Source: Micrococcales bacterium
GTDB lineage: Bacteria; Actinomycetota; Actinomycetes; Actinomycetales; Cellulomonadaceae
Reading direction: 5' to 3'
Length of the DNA stretch: 64,000 nt
NCBI GenBank assembly: GCA_009785115.1
Contig: WQWY01000002.1
Span: forward strand, 21,987 to 85,986
Shown: positions 36,355 through 44,772 of the stretch, one piece after another
Position numbering within the stretch: the stretch's first letter is position 1
Layout: each line of letters opens with the position of its first letter
Translations under genes and position numbers: made by a program
Notes under the pieces: generated by a model
The model's database searches: none
Told to the model about the DNA's origin: nothing
The model's input: only the letters and a program-made list of their open reading frames with translations

Positions 36355-37472
36355 TGTACGTCGCCGTCAAGGGCGGTGAGCAGGCGATCGCGAACGCTCA
36401 CGCCCTGCTCGCCAAGCGCGGCCGTGGGGACCGGTCGACTCCCCGGCTGACCCCTGCGCAGGTGCGCGACCAGCTCGGGGTGCTCGTGTCCCGCGTCATG
36501 ACCGAGGGTTCGCTGTACGACGAGGACCTCGCGGCCCGAGCCATCGTGCAGAGCCAGGGCGACGTGCTCGAGGCCATCACCCTCGTGCGCACCTACCGCA
36601 CGACGCTTCCCCGGTTCGGCACCACCCTCGCGGTCGACACCGCGAGGCTCCCCTCGGAGCGCCGGGTCTCGGCCACGTTCAAGGACATCCCTGGCGGCCA
36701 GCAGCTCGGTGCGACCTTCGACTACACGCACCGCCTGCTGTCCGACCCGACCGACGCGGACGTGAGCGTCGACCTCGACGAGGGCGAGCCGATGCCGAGA
36801 GTGACTGACCTGCTCGGCGCCTCCGCTCTCATCGAGCCCGTCAGCACCCACGGCCCCGACGAGGACCCTGACCCGGCCGACCTGACCCGCGAGCCCACCG
36901 TGTTCCCCATGACCCGGGCCGAGCGGATGCAGGCCCTCGCCCGGGGGGACGAGGGCTTCCTGCTCGGCATGGGCTACTCGACCCTGCGGGGCTACGGCGG
37001 CGCTCACCCGTTCGTCGGTGAGGTCCGGGTCGGTGAGGTGGAGGTCGAGCTCGACGTCCCCGAGCTCGGGTTCGCCGTGTGCATCGGCCGTGTCGAGGTC
37101 ACCGAGTGCCAGATGGTCGCGCAGTTCGTCGGCAGCTCACAGGTCGAGCCGACGTTCACCCGAGGCTACGGGCTCGCCTTCGGTCGCTCCGAGCGCAAGG
37201 CCATGTCGATGTCGCTCGTGGACCGCGCGATGCGCGCCGAAGAGCTCGGGGAGCGCAAGATCGCCCCCGCCAACGACGAGGAGTTCGTCGTCGAGCACGC
37301 CGACAACGTCCAGGCGACGGGTTTCGTCGAGCACCTCAAGCTGCCGCACTACGTGGACTTCCAGGCAGAGCTCGCGCTGATCCGCTCCATGCACGAAGAG
37401 ATCCGGTTGAGGCGAGAGGCGGACGAGCTCGTCCGCCCGGCCGAGGCGACCCAGGAGCAGGAGACACCATGA
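36354..37472 (+). CDS. phnI: C-P lyase core complex subunit PhnI
   Basis: MYVAVKGGEQAIANAHALL... is the PhnI N-terminus; 372 aa. The ATG overlaps the phnH stop. Confidence 0.9.
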   Translation: MYVAVKGGEQAIANAHALLAKRGRGDRSTPRLTPAQVRDQLGVLVSRVMTEGSLYDEDLAARAIVQSQGDVLEAITLVRTYRTTLPRFGTTLAVDTARLPSERRVSATFKDIPGGQQLGATFDYTHRLLSDPTDADVSVDLDEGEPMPRVTDLLGASALIEPVSTHGPDEDPDPADLTREPTVFPMTRAERMQALARGDEGFLLGMGYSTLRGYGGAHPFVGEVRVGEVEVELDVPELGFAVCIGRVEVTECQMVAQFVGSSQVEPTFTRGYGLAFGRSERKAMSMSLVDRAMRAEELGERKIAPANDEEFVVEHADNVQATGFVEHLKLPHYVDFQAELALIRSMHEEIRLRREADELVRPAEATQEQETP

Positions 37473-38473
37473 CCGTTCAACAGACGACGACCGTCCAGCA
37501 AGCAGCGACCTTCCGGCAGACGACGAGCGCCGCGCCGGCGGAGCACGGCACCCGCATCGAGTACAACGAGGCGTACCTGGACGAACAGACCAAGCGCGTC
37601 ATCCGGCGGGCGCTGCTCAAGGGTCTGGCCATCCCGGGCTTCCAGGTGCCGTTCGCGAGCCGCGAGGTCCCGATGCCGCGCGGGTGGGGGACCGGCGGCG
37701 TCCAGGTCACCGCCTCGGTGATCGGCCCGGACGACACCCTCAAGGTGATCGACCAGGGCGCGGACGACACCACCAACGCGGTGAGCATCCGCCAGTTCTT
37801 CGCCCGGGTCGCCTCCTGCGCCTCCACGACGCGCACCGACGAGGCGACGGTGATCCAGACGCGGCACCGCATCCCGGAGATGCCGCTGCTCGAGGGCCAG
37901 ATCATGGTCTACCAGGTGCCCACGCCGGAGCCGCTGCGCTGGTTGGAGCCCCGCGAGTCGGAGACCCGCCGCCTGCACGCCCTCGAGGACTACGGCCTGA
38001 TGTACGTCAAGCTGTACGAGGACATCGCGCGGTTCGGCCACATCGCGAAGACCTACGACTACCCGGTCATCGTCAACGGCCGCTACATGATGGCGCCCTC
38101 GCCGATCCCGAGCTTCGACAACCCCAAGCTCCACCGCTCGCCCGCGATGCACCTGTTCGGTGCCGGGCGTGAGAAGCGCATCTACGCGGTGCCGCCGTAC
38201 ACCGACGTCGTGAGCATCGACTTCGAGGACTTCCCCTTCGAGCCGCAGCGGTTCTCCACGCCGTGCGCGATCTGCGGGTCCGTCGGGGTCTACATGGACG
38301 AGGTGATCGTGGACGACTCCGGCCGCTCGATCTTCGTGTGCTCGGACACCGACCACTGCGAGCGCACCGTCGCCTGCTGCGACGACACCGCCGACTGCTG
38401 CGGACAGGACCAGCAGGAACAGACCCAGCCCGAGCAGACCCAGCCCGAGCAGACCTGGCAGGAGACCGCATGA
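37469..38473 (+). CDS. phnJ: C-P lyase catalytic subunit PhnJ with an unusual Cys/Gln-rich C-terminal tail
   Basis: ...YNEAYLDEQTKRVIRRALLKGLAIPGFQVPFASREVPMPRGWGTGG..., cluster cysteines CAICGS...VCSDTDHC, and a tail VACCDDTADCCGQDQQEQTQPEQTQPEQTWQETA. Confidence 0.9.
   Translation: MTVQQTTTVQQAATFRQTTSAAPAEHGTRIEYNEAYLDEQTKRVIRRALLKGLAIPGFQVPFASREVPMPRGWGTGGVQVTASVIGPDDTLKVIDQGADDTTNAVSIRQFFARVASCASTTRTDEATVIQTRHRIPEMPLLEGQIMVYQVPTPEPLRWLEPRESETRRLHALEDYGLMYVKLYEDIARFGHIAKTYDYPVIVNGRYMMAPSPIPSFDNPKLHRSPAMHLFGAGREKRIYAVPPYTDVVSIDFEDFPFEPQRFSTPCAICGSVGVYMDEVIVDDSGRSIFVCSDTDHCERTVACCDDTADCCGQDQQEQTQPEQTQPEQTWQETA
38420..38455 (+). repeat. 15-bp tandem repeat CAGACCCAGCCCGAG x2.4 inside the phnJ tail
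   Basis: 38420-38434 and 38435-38449 are identical, followed by a partial copy to 38455. Encodes (EQTQP)n. Confidence 0.75.
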
Positions 38474-39267
38474 CCAGCAACGACACCGGACCCCTCCTGT
38501 CCGTCACCGACGCGGGGCACCGCTACGGCGACCGCTTCGGCTGCCGGGGCGTGACGTTCGACCTGTGGCCCGGCGAGGTGCTCGCCGTCGTCGGGGAGTC
38601 GGGCTCGGGCAAGTCGACGCTGCTGGGGATGCTCTCCCAGCGGTTGAGCACCGACACCGGGTCGATCCGTTATCGCATCGGGTCGGGGGAGCGTGCCGAC
38701 GAGCTCGTCTCGCTCGCGGACCTGACCGAGCGTGAGGTGCGCTCGCTGTGGCGCACCCACTGGGGCTTCGTGCACCAGGACGCCGCCGACGGGCTGCGCA
38801 TGCACGTCAGCGCAGGCGGCAACATCGGTGAGCCCCTCATGGCGACCGGCTGGCGCCACTACGGCGACATCCGAGCGAAGGCCGCCGAGTGGCTCGCGAA
38901 GGTCGAGATCCCCGCCGACCGGATCGACGACGCCCCCGCGACCTTCTCCGGCGGTATGCGACAGCGGTTGCAGATCGCCCGGAACCTCGTGGTCGGCCCG
39001 CGCCTGGTCTTCATGGACGAGCCCACCAGCGGTCTGGACGTCTCGGTCCAGGCGCGCCTGCTGGACCTCGTCCGCTCGCTGGTCGCCGAGCTCGGCCTGG
39101 CCGTCGTGATCGTCACCCACGACCTGGCGGTGGCCCGGCTGATCTCGCACCGGACCCTCGTGATGAAGGACGGCGAGGTGGTCGAGTCGGGCTTGACCGA
39201 CCGGGTGCTCGACGACCCGCAGGCCGCCTACACCCAGCTGCTCGTCTCCTCGATCTTGCAAGGATGA
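38470..39267 (+). CDS. phnK: C-P lyase system ATP-binding protein PhnK
   Basis: Walker A GESGSGKST, signature FSGGMRQR, Walker B VFMDEPTSGLD. ATGA overlap with phnJ. Confidence 0.9.
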   Translation: MTSNDTGPLLSVTDAGHRYGDRFGCRGVTFDLWPGEVLAVVGESGSGKSTLLGMLSQRLSTDTGSIRYRIGSGERADELVSLADLTEREVRSLWRTHWGFVHQDAADGLRMHVSAGGNIGEPLMATGWRHYGDIRAKAAEWLAKVEIPADRIDDAPATFSGGMRQRLQIARNLVVGPRLVFMDEPTSGLDVSVQARLLDLVRSLVAELGLAVVIVTHDLAVARLISHRTLVMKDGEVVESGLTDRVLDDPQAAYTQLLVSSILQG

Positions 39268-40004
39268 CCATGACCTACACCTCGATCTCCTCCACCCCCG
39301 TCCTGTCGGTGCGTGGCGTCGACAAGAGCTTCACCATGCACCTGCAGGGCGGCCAGCTGCTGCCCGTCCTGCACGGACTGACCTTCGACGTCGGGCGGGG
39401 CGAGTGCGTCGTGCTCGCCGGCGAGTCCGGCGCCGGCAAGAGCTCGGTGCTGAAGATGGTGTTCGGCAGCTACAGCGTGGAGGCCGGCTCGATCTGGCTC
39501 GACCAGGCGTCCGGCCCGGTCGACCTCGCCACCGCCAGCCCGCGCGAGGTGCTCGCCGCCCGGCGCGACACGATCGGCTACGTCAGCCAGTTCCTGCGGG
39601 CCGTGCCCCGGGTTCCGGCGCTGCAGGTGGTCGCCGAGCCGCTGGTCTCCCGAGGTGAACCTCGTGCCGACGCGGAGGAGCGCGCTGCCGCTCTGCTCGC
39701 CCGGCTGAACATCCCCGAACGGTTGTGGGCCCTGCCGCCCGCGACGTTCTCCGGCGGTGAGCAGCAGCGCGTCAACATCGCACGAGGCTTCATCACCGGG
39801 CACCCGATGCTGCTGCTGGACGAGCCGACGGCCTCGTTGGACGCCCGCAACCGAGAGGTTGTCATCGAGATGATCCGGGCCGAGCTCGACCGCGGTGTCG
39901 GGATGCTCGCCATCTTCCACGACGCCGACGTCCGCGAGGCGGTAGCCGACCGCATGGTCGACGTCGCGGCGTTCGCGGGCCGGCCTGTGGGCGTGGCCGC
40001 ATGA
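39264..40004 (+). CDS. phnL: C-P lyase system ATP-binding protein PhnL
   Basis: Walker A GESGAGKSS, FSGGEQQR, LLLDEPTASLD. ATGA overlap with phnK. Confidence 0.9.
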   Translation: MTMTYTSISSTPVLSVRGVDKSFTMHLQGGQLLPVLHGLTFDVGRGECVVLAGESGAGKSSVLKMVFGSYSVEAGSIWLDQASGPVDLATASPREVLAARRDTIGYVSQFLRAVPRVPALQVVAEPLVSRGEPRADAEERAAALLARLNIPERLWALPPATFSGGEQQRVNIARGFITGHPMLLLDEPTASLDARNREVVIEMIRAELDRGVGMLAIFHDADVREAVADRMVDVAAFAGRPVGVAA

Positions 40005-40801
40005 GTGCCCGCTACGCGGTCTACGCCCTGCCGGGGGCGCTCTCGCCCGACCCGGTGCGGCCGCTCGCCGAGGCGTGGCTCGGTCGTTCAGCAGACGGTC
40101 AGCCCGTCACCGGGGCGGTCCCGACGGGCTGGACGCGCGCCGAGGTCGACGCGATCACCGTCGACGCCCGTCGCTACGGGTTCCACGCCACCCTCAAGGC
40201 GCCGTTCCGGCTCGCGGACGGTGTCGCTGAGGGCAGTCTCTACGCGCGGGCGTCCGAGCTCGCGAGCAGGACGGCCCCGGTGACGATCCCTCGCGTCCGG
40301 CTGCACCGGCTCGACGGGTTCTACGCCCTCGTGCCCGGGGCCCCCGCGCCGGAGGTGGACGCGCTGGCCGGCACCGTCGTGCGCGCGTTCGACGACCTGC
40401 GTGCGCCGCTGACCGACGCCGAGCGCGCACGCCGCCGCCCAGAGCGGCTCACGACTCGCCAGCGCGAGCTTCTCGACACGTGGGGGTACCCCTACGTGCT
40501 CGACGAGCTCCGCGTGCACCTCACCCTGACCGACCAGGTCCCGCAGCGAGACCAGACGCGCGTCGAGGCGGCGCTCGTCGAGCACTTCGGCGGGTACCTC
40601 TCCGAGCCTTTCGCCGGCTTCCTCGGCCGAGACATGCTGGTCGACGCCCTGTGCGTCTATGCCGAGCCCGAGCCTGGCGCCCCCTTCGTCCTGCGGTCCG
40701 TGCACCCCCTCGAGGGCTCCAGGTCCGTGACGCCCCCTTCCCCGAGCACGCCTGTGGCGGCGGCGGCCTTCGCTGTCCCCGCCTTCGGGAACCACCCCTG
40801 A
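40001..40801 (+). CDS. DUF1045 phosphonate-metabolism protein (2H phosphoesterase fold; probable functional substitute for PhnP)
   Basis: Two HxT/S motifs (GFHATLKAPF and RVHLTLTD) and the pattern MSARYAVYALP... Embedded between phnL and phnM with an ATGA overlap. Confidence 0.8.
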   Translation: MSARYAVYALPGALSPDPVRPLAEAWLGRSADGQPVTGAVPTGWTRAEVDAITVDARRYGFHATLKAPFRLADGVAEGSLYARASELASRTAPVTIPRVRLHRLDGFYALVPGAPAPEVDALAGTVVRAFDDLRAPLTDAERARRRPERLTTRQRELLDTWGYPYVLDELRVHLTLTDQVPQRDQTRVEAALVEHFGGYLSEPFAGFLGRDMLVDALCVYAEPEPGAPFVLRSVHPLEGSRSVTPPSPSTPVAAAAFAVPAFGNHP

Positions 40802-40812
40802 GAGGAACACCC

Positions 40813-42024
40813 ATGAGCACCCAGACCATGCCCCGTCGCACCCCGTGTGACCAGGTCGCGGCCGGCGAGACCGTGCTGACCAACGCCCGTGTCGTCCTGC
40901 CCGAGACCGTCGTCACCGGGACCGTCGTCGTGCGCGACGGTCGCATCGCCGAGATCATCGAGGGCACGGTGACGTGCGGCGAGGACCTCGGCGGAGACTG
41001 GTTGATGCCCGGCGTCGTCGAGCTGCACACCGACCACCTCGAGTACCACTTCGAGCCGCGCCCCGGCACCCGTTGGGACCCGGTGCCGGCCGTGCTCTCC
41101 CACGACGCCCAGCTCACCTCGGCGGGTGTGACCACCGTGTTCGACGCGGTGCGCGTCGGCTCGTCGCCCGGCTCGAAGGACCCGGCTCCGGCCAACGCCC
41201 ACCGCCTCGCCGAGGCCATCACCCACGCCGCGGTGGCCGGGGTGCTGCGCGCGGACCACTACATCCACCTGCGCTGCGAGGTCTCCGCCCCGGACTGCCT
41301 GGAGTCGTTCGAGTCGTTCACCGACGACCCGTACGTGCGGCTCGCGTCGCTGATGGACCACACGCCCGGCGAGCGCCAGTACGCGGACATCGAGGCGTTC
41401 CGCACCTACATCATCGGGAAGCGCCACGTCAGCGACGCCGAGCTCGACCGCCACATCGCGATCCTGAAAGAGACCTCGGCGCTGTACGCCGACGCGCACC
41501 GGCAGGCCATCGCCAGCCGCGCCCGAGAGCTCGGGATCACCCTGGCCGCGCACGACGACGCGACGCGGGCGCACGTCGAGGAGTCGGTGGCGCTCGGGGT
41601 CGGTATCTCCGAGTTCCCGACCACCGTCGAGGCGGCTCGTGCCGCCGCGGAGGCCGGGCAGTCCATCATCATGGGCGCGCCGAACATCGTCCGTGGCGGT
41701 TCGCAGTCGGGCAACGTCGCGGCGACCGACCTGCTCGAGCTCGGGCTGCTGCACATCCTGTCGTCCGACTACGTGCCGGCCAGCCCCTTGCAGGCGGTCG
41801 TCCAGCTCGCCGCGACGGGTGCGCTGTCGATCGAGGAAGGTGCGCGGCTGCTGAGCACCAACCCGGCCCGCGCCGTCGGCCTGGACGACCGCGGCGAGAT
41901 CGCCGACGGTCTGCGGGCCGACCTGGTGCGGGTGGGCCAGCACGCGGTCAGGTCCGCTGCTGACCCGGCGCTGCACGTCCCCGTCGTGCGCAGCGTGTGG
42001 CGGGAAGGTCGCCGGGTCGCATGA
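40813..42024 (+). CDS. phnM: Alpha-D-ribose 1-methylphosphonate 5-triphosphate diphosphatase PhnM (amidohydrolase fold)
   Basis: ...PGVVELHTDHLE... metal-binding HxH-type motif, ...AHDD..., ...ILSSDYVP...; 403 aa from ATG40813. Confidence 0.85.
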   Translation: MSTQTMPRRTPCDQVAAGETVLTNARVVLPETVVTGTVVVRDGRIAEIIEGTVTCGEDLGGDWLMPGVVELHTDHLEYHFEPRPGTRWDPVPAVLSHDAQLTSAGVTTVFDAVRVGSSPGSKDPAPANAHRLAEAITHAAVAGVLRADHYIHLRCEVSAPDCLESFESFTDDPYVRLASLMDHTPGERQYADIEAFRTYIIGKRHVSDAELDRHIAILKETSALYADAHRQAIASRARELGITLAAHDDATRAHVEESVALGVGISEFPTTVEAARAAAEAGQSIIMGAPNIVRGGSQSGNVAATDLLELGLLHILSSDYVPASPLQAVVQLAATGALSIEEGARLLSTNPARAVGLDDRGEIADGLRADLVRVGQHAVRSAADPALHVPVVRSVWREGRRVA

Positions 42025-42701
42025 GCTCGCACGGCGCTCTGGCCGCTGAGGTCGAGACCCGTCCGAGGCCAGAGCGAGAGGAGCCCGTCCGCTCGGCCGA
42101 GCCGGTCGAGCAGGACGGCGAGCACAGGACGGGCGTCCGCCTGATCGGGCCGGGGGTGTTCGTCGCCGTCGTCGGGCCTAGCGGTGCGGGCAAGGACTCC
42201 GTCATCGGCTGTGCGAGCGAGAGCCTCGGGGCGCTCGTCACCGTGCCGAGGCGCGTCGTCACCCGCCCGCCCGGCCCTGGGGAGGATCACCTGCCGGCCA
42301 CCGAGCGTGAGTTCGCCGAGGTGCGGGCGTCCGGGGGGTATGCCTGCCACTGGGACGCTCACGGGCTGCGCTACGGCCTGCCGACCTGCGTCGACGAGGT
42401 GGTGCGAGCCGGTGGCGTCGTCCTCGCGAACGTGTCGCGCACGGCGCTCGACGAGCTCGAGCGGCGCTATGCCGACTTTCGCGTCGTGCTCGTGACGGCC
42501 TCCGACGAGGTCCGCGCCCGACGGCTCGCCCAGCGGGGGCGCGAGAGCCACGACGACGTCGCCCGCCGGGTCGCTCGCCTCGACCCGGCGCCCGGCCGTC
42601 GGGTCGACCTCGTGATCGTCAACGACGGTGCCCTCGCCGAGGCAGGCGACGCACTGACGGCATTTCTGCGTGCCGCTGCCGGTCGAGATGGAGACAGGTA
42701 G
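42021..42701 (+). CDS. phnN: Ribose 1,5-bisphosphate phosphokinase PhnN
   Basis: P-loop VVGPSGAGKDSVI and guanylate-kinase-like layout. ATG42021 overlaps the phnM stop. The first ~40 aa are an acidic extension, so a later start is possible. Confidence 0.8.
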   Translation: MSSHGALAAEVETRPRPEREEPVRSAEPVEQDGEHRTGVRLIGPGVFVAVVGPSGAGKDSVIGCASESLGALVTVPRRVVTRPPGPGEDHLPATEREFAEVRASGGYACHWDAHGLRYGLPTCVDEVVRAGGVVLANVSRTALDELERRYADFRVVLVTASDEVRARRLAQRGRESHDDVARRVARLDPAPGRRVDLVIVNDGALAEAGDALTAFLRAAAGRDGDR

Positions 42702-42714
42702 AGCGGTCTGACGG

Positions 42715-42749
42715 GAAGGGCCTTCGACAGTGAGCGTCGAAGGCCCTTC
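42715..42749 (+). terminator. Stem-loop terminator after phnN
   Basis: GAAGGGCCTTCGAC (42715-42728) / GTCGAAGGCCCTTC (42736-42749), a perfect 14-bp stem with a 7-nt loop, followed by TCT. Confidence 0.6.
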
Positions 42750-42819
42750 TCTGCTGCCCTCTCGATGGTGTTCTCCATGATCTCTGATGCCCTGCGGCGA
42801 GAGGAACCAGCACGGAGAT

Positions 42820-42841
42820 GTTCACCTCGGCGCAACCTGGC
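42820..42841. promoter_or_regulatory. Second candidate PHO-box element (GTTCACCTCGG...) upstream of phnD
   Basis: GTTCACCT at 42820 is identical to the 8-mer upstream of phnG. A GTTCTC also lies at 42770. About 85-105 nt before ATG42926. Confidence 0.25.
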
Positions 42842-42925
42842 CGTGGTCGTGCTGTCGCTCGCACTCCCTAGTTTCATCGCCGACACATGGCTCGCCGCAT
42901 GAGCCTGTGCAGGACTGAAAGGCTC

Positions 42926-43891
42926 ATGATGCACCTGTCTCGCACCACGCGGGTGGCAGCGACCGCCGCTGCGGCGCTGATCGCTCTCGTTCTCGCCGGC
43001 TGTTCCGACAGCGAGGCCGGGTCTGGCGGCACCGCCGGGCCGGGCACCTGGGCGAAGGCCGAGGGCACGATCATCTTCGGCGCCGTGCCCGACAAGGCCG
43101 GCTCGGACATGAACAACAGGCCGCTGCAGGACTACATCGCCCAGCAGACCGGCTACAAGGTCGAGTACTACCCGACCGCCGACTACACCGCGCTGATCGC
43201 CGCCGCCGTCGCGGGCAAGATCGACGTGATGTCGTCCGGTGCCCTCCAGTACGTCATCGCCAGCAACAAGGGCGCCGAGCTGGAGCCGGTCGCGGCGATG
43301 ATCTCCTCGCCCGGGCTGGAAGAGCCTGGCTACTACTCCCAGGGTGTCGCGGCAGCGGGCTCGCCGATCACCTCGCTCGCCGACATCGCGGGCAAGAAGG
43401 TCTGCTTCGTCGACCCGAACTCGACCTCGGGCTTCCTGTTCGGCCTCTACCAGCTCAAGGAGGCCGGCTACGACGTGGACCCGTCGGGCACCGACGTCAA
43501 CGGTGACCCGACCTTCGAGGAGTTCACGCCCGTCTTCGCCGGTGCGCACGACAAGGTGATCCAGTCCATCGTGACCGGCCAGTGCGACGTCGGTTTCGTC
43601 GAGGACACCGTGGCCCAGGCGGCCGCCGCGAAGGGCGAGGTCGCCGTGGTCTCCGAGGCGCACGTGCCCGGCGGCCCGCTGTCGATCTCCTCGGCCCTGC
43701 CCGAGAGCGTCAAGGACGAGCTCAGGACGGTTCTCCAGGGCGCGACGCTCGAGGCGGTCACGGCGTCCGGCGTGACCCTCACCGACGGCTTCAAGGACAG
43801 CTTCTTCGGTGCGCGGGCGAGGGACGCCGCGTACTACCAGGAGGTCGTCGACCTGTGCTCGTCCATCCCCGCCGCCAAGTGCGCGGCCTGA
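42926..43891 (+). CDS. phnD: Phosphonate ABC transporter substrate-binding lipoprotein PhnD
   Basis: Signal peptide with lipobox LVLAGC. ...GAVPDK...YYPTADYTALIAA...VDPNSTSG... is the PhnD pattern. ATG42926 follows GAAAGG. The track start is 42887. Confidence 0.85.
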   Translation: MMHLSRTTRVAATAAAALIALVLAGCSDSEAGSGGTAGPGTWAKAEGTIIFGAVPDKAGSDMNNRPLQDYIAQQTGYKVEYYPTADYTALIAAAVAGKIDVMSSGALQYVIASNKGAELEPVAAMISSPGLEEPGYYSQGVAAAGSPITSLADIAGKKVCFVDPNSTSGFLFGLYQLKEAGYDVDPSGTDVNGDPTFEEFTPVFAGAHDKVIQSIVTGQCDVGFVEDTVAQAAAAKGEVAVVSEAHVPGGPLSISSALPESVKDELRTVLQGATLEAVTASGVTLTDGFKDSFFGARARDAAYYQEVVDLCSSIPAAKCAA

Positions 43892-43920
43892 TCTGACCCT
43901 GCTAGCGAAGAGGTGAAGGC

Positions 43921-44772
43921 ATGAACAGCACGACGACCTCCCCCGTCATCTCGGTCTCGAAGGTCACGAAGCGTTTCAGCCAGACGAGGGCGCTCCATGA
44001 CGTCTCCCTGACCGTGAACCCCGGGGAGGTCGTCGTGCTGCTCGGCCTGTCTGGGTCAGGAAAGTCGACCCTGCTGCGGCATCTCAACGGCCTCGAGCGC
44101 CCGACCGAGGGCACGGTCGAGGTCCTCGGGCAGACCGTGCCGGAGCTGGGGCAGAAGGAGCTTCGGGCTCTGCGCTGCCGTGTCGCGATGATCTTCCAGC
44201 AGTTCGAGCTGGTGCCGTCGTTGACGGTGCTCGAGAACGTGCTGACCGGTGCGCTCGGCCGCCTCCGGGGTCCGCGCCTGGGTCTGTGGTCGTACCCCCG
44301 GGCGCTGCGGCTCGACGCGCTGGCAAAGCTTGATCGTGTCGGTCTGCTCGAGAAGGCCTACCAGAGGGCCGACGAGCTCTCTGGCGGTCAGCAGCAGCGC
44401 GTGGCGATAGCCCGCGCGCTGATGCAGAACCCGCACGTCCTGCTGGCCGACGAGCCCGTGGCGAGCCTGGACCCCGAGTCGAGCGCGCAGGTCATGAGGC
44501 TGATCCGTGAGATCGCCGCCGCTGACGGCCTGACCGTCGTGTGCAGCCTGCACCAGGTCGACATCGCCCTGGGCTGGGCTGATCGTGTCATCGGCCTGCG
44601 CAGCGGCGAGGTCGTGCTGGACACCCGCAACGAGCACCTGAGCAAGACGCAGGTGATGGAGATCTATCGCGGCCTGGACCCGGCTGACGTCGCGGACCTG
44701 GCGGCGCTCGACAGCGAGCTGGCCGGCGTGCAGCTGGTCGGCACCGCCGGGCCCGGGAGCGTCGTCGCGTGA
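43921..44772 (+). CDS. phnC: Phosphonate ABC transporter ATP-binding protein PhnC
   Basis: GLSGSGKSTLLRHLNGL, LSGGQQQRVAIARAL, LLADEPVASLDP. Confidence 0.9.
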   Translation: MNSTTTSPVISVSKVTKRFSQTRALHDVSLTVNPGEVVVLLGLSGSGKSTLLRHLNGLERPTEGTVEVLGQTVPELGQKELRALRCRVAMIFQQFELVPSLTVLENVLTGALGRLRGPRLGLWSYPRALRLDALAKLDRVGLLEKAYQRADELSGGQQQRVAIARALMQNPHVLLADEPVASLDPESSAQVMRLIREIAAADGLTVVCSLHQVDIALGWADRVIGLRSGEVVLDTRNEHLSKTQVMEIYRGLDPADVADLAALDSELAGVQLVGTAGPGSVVA

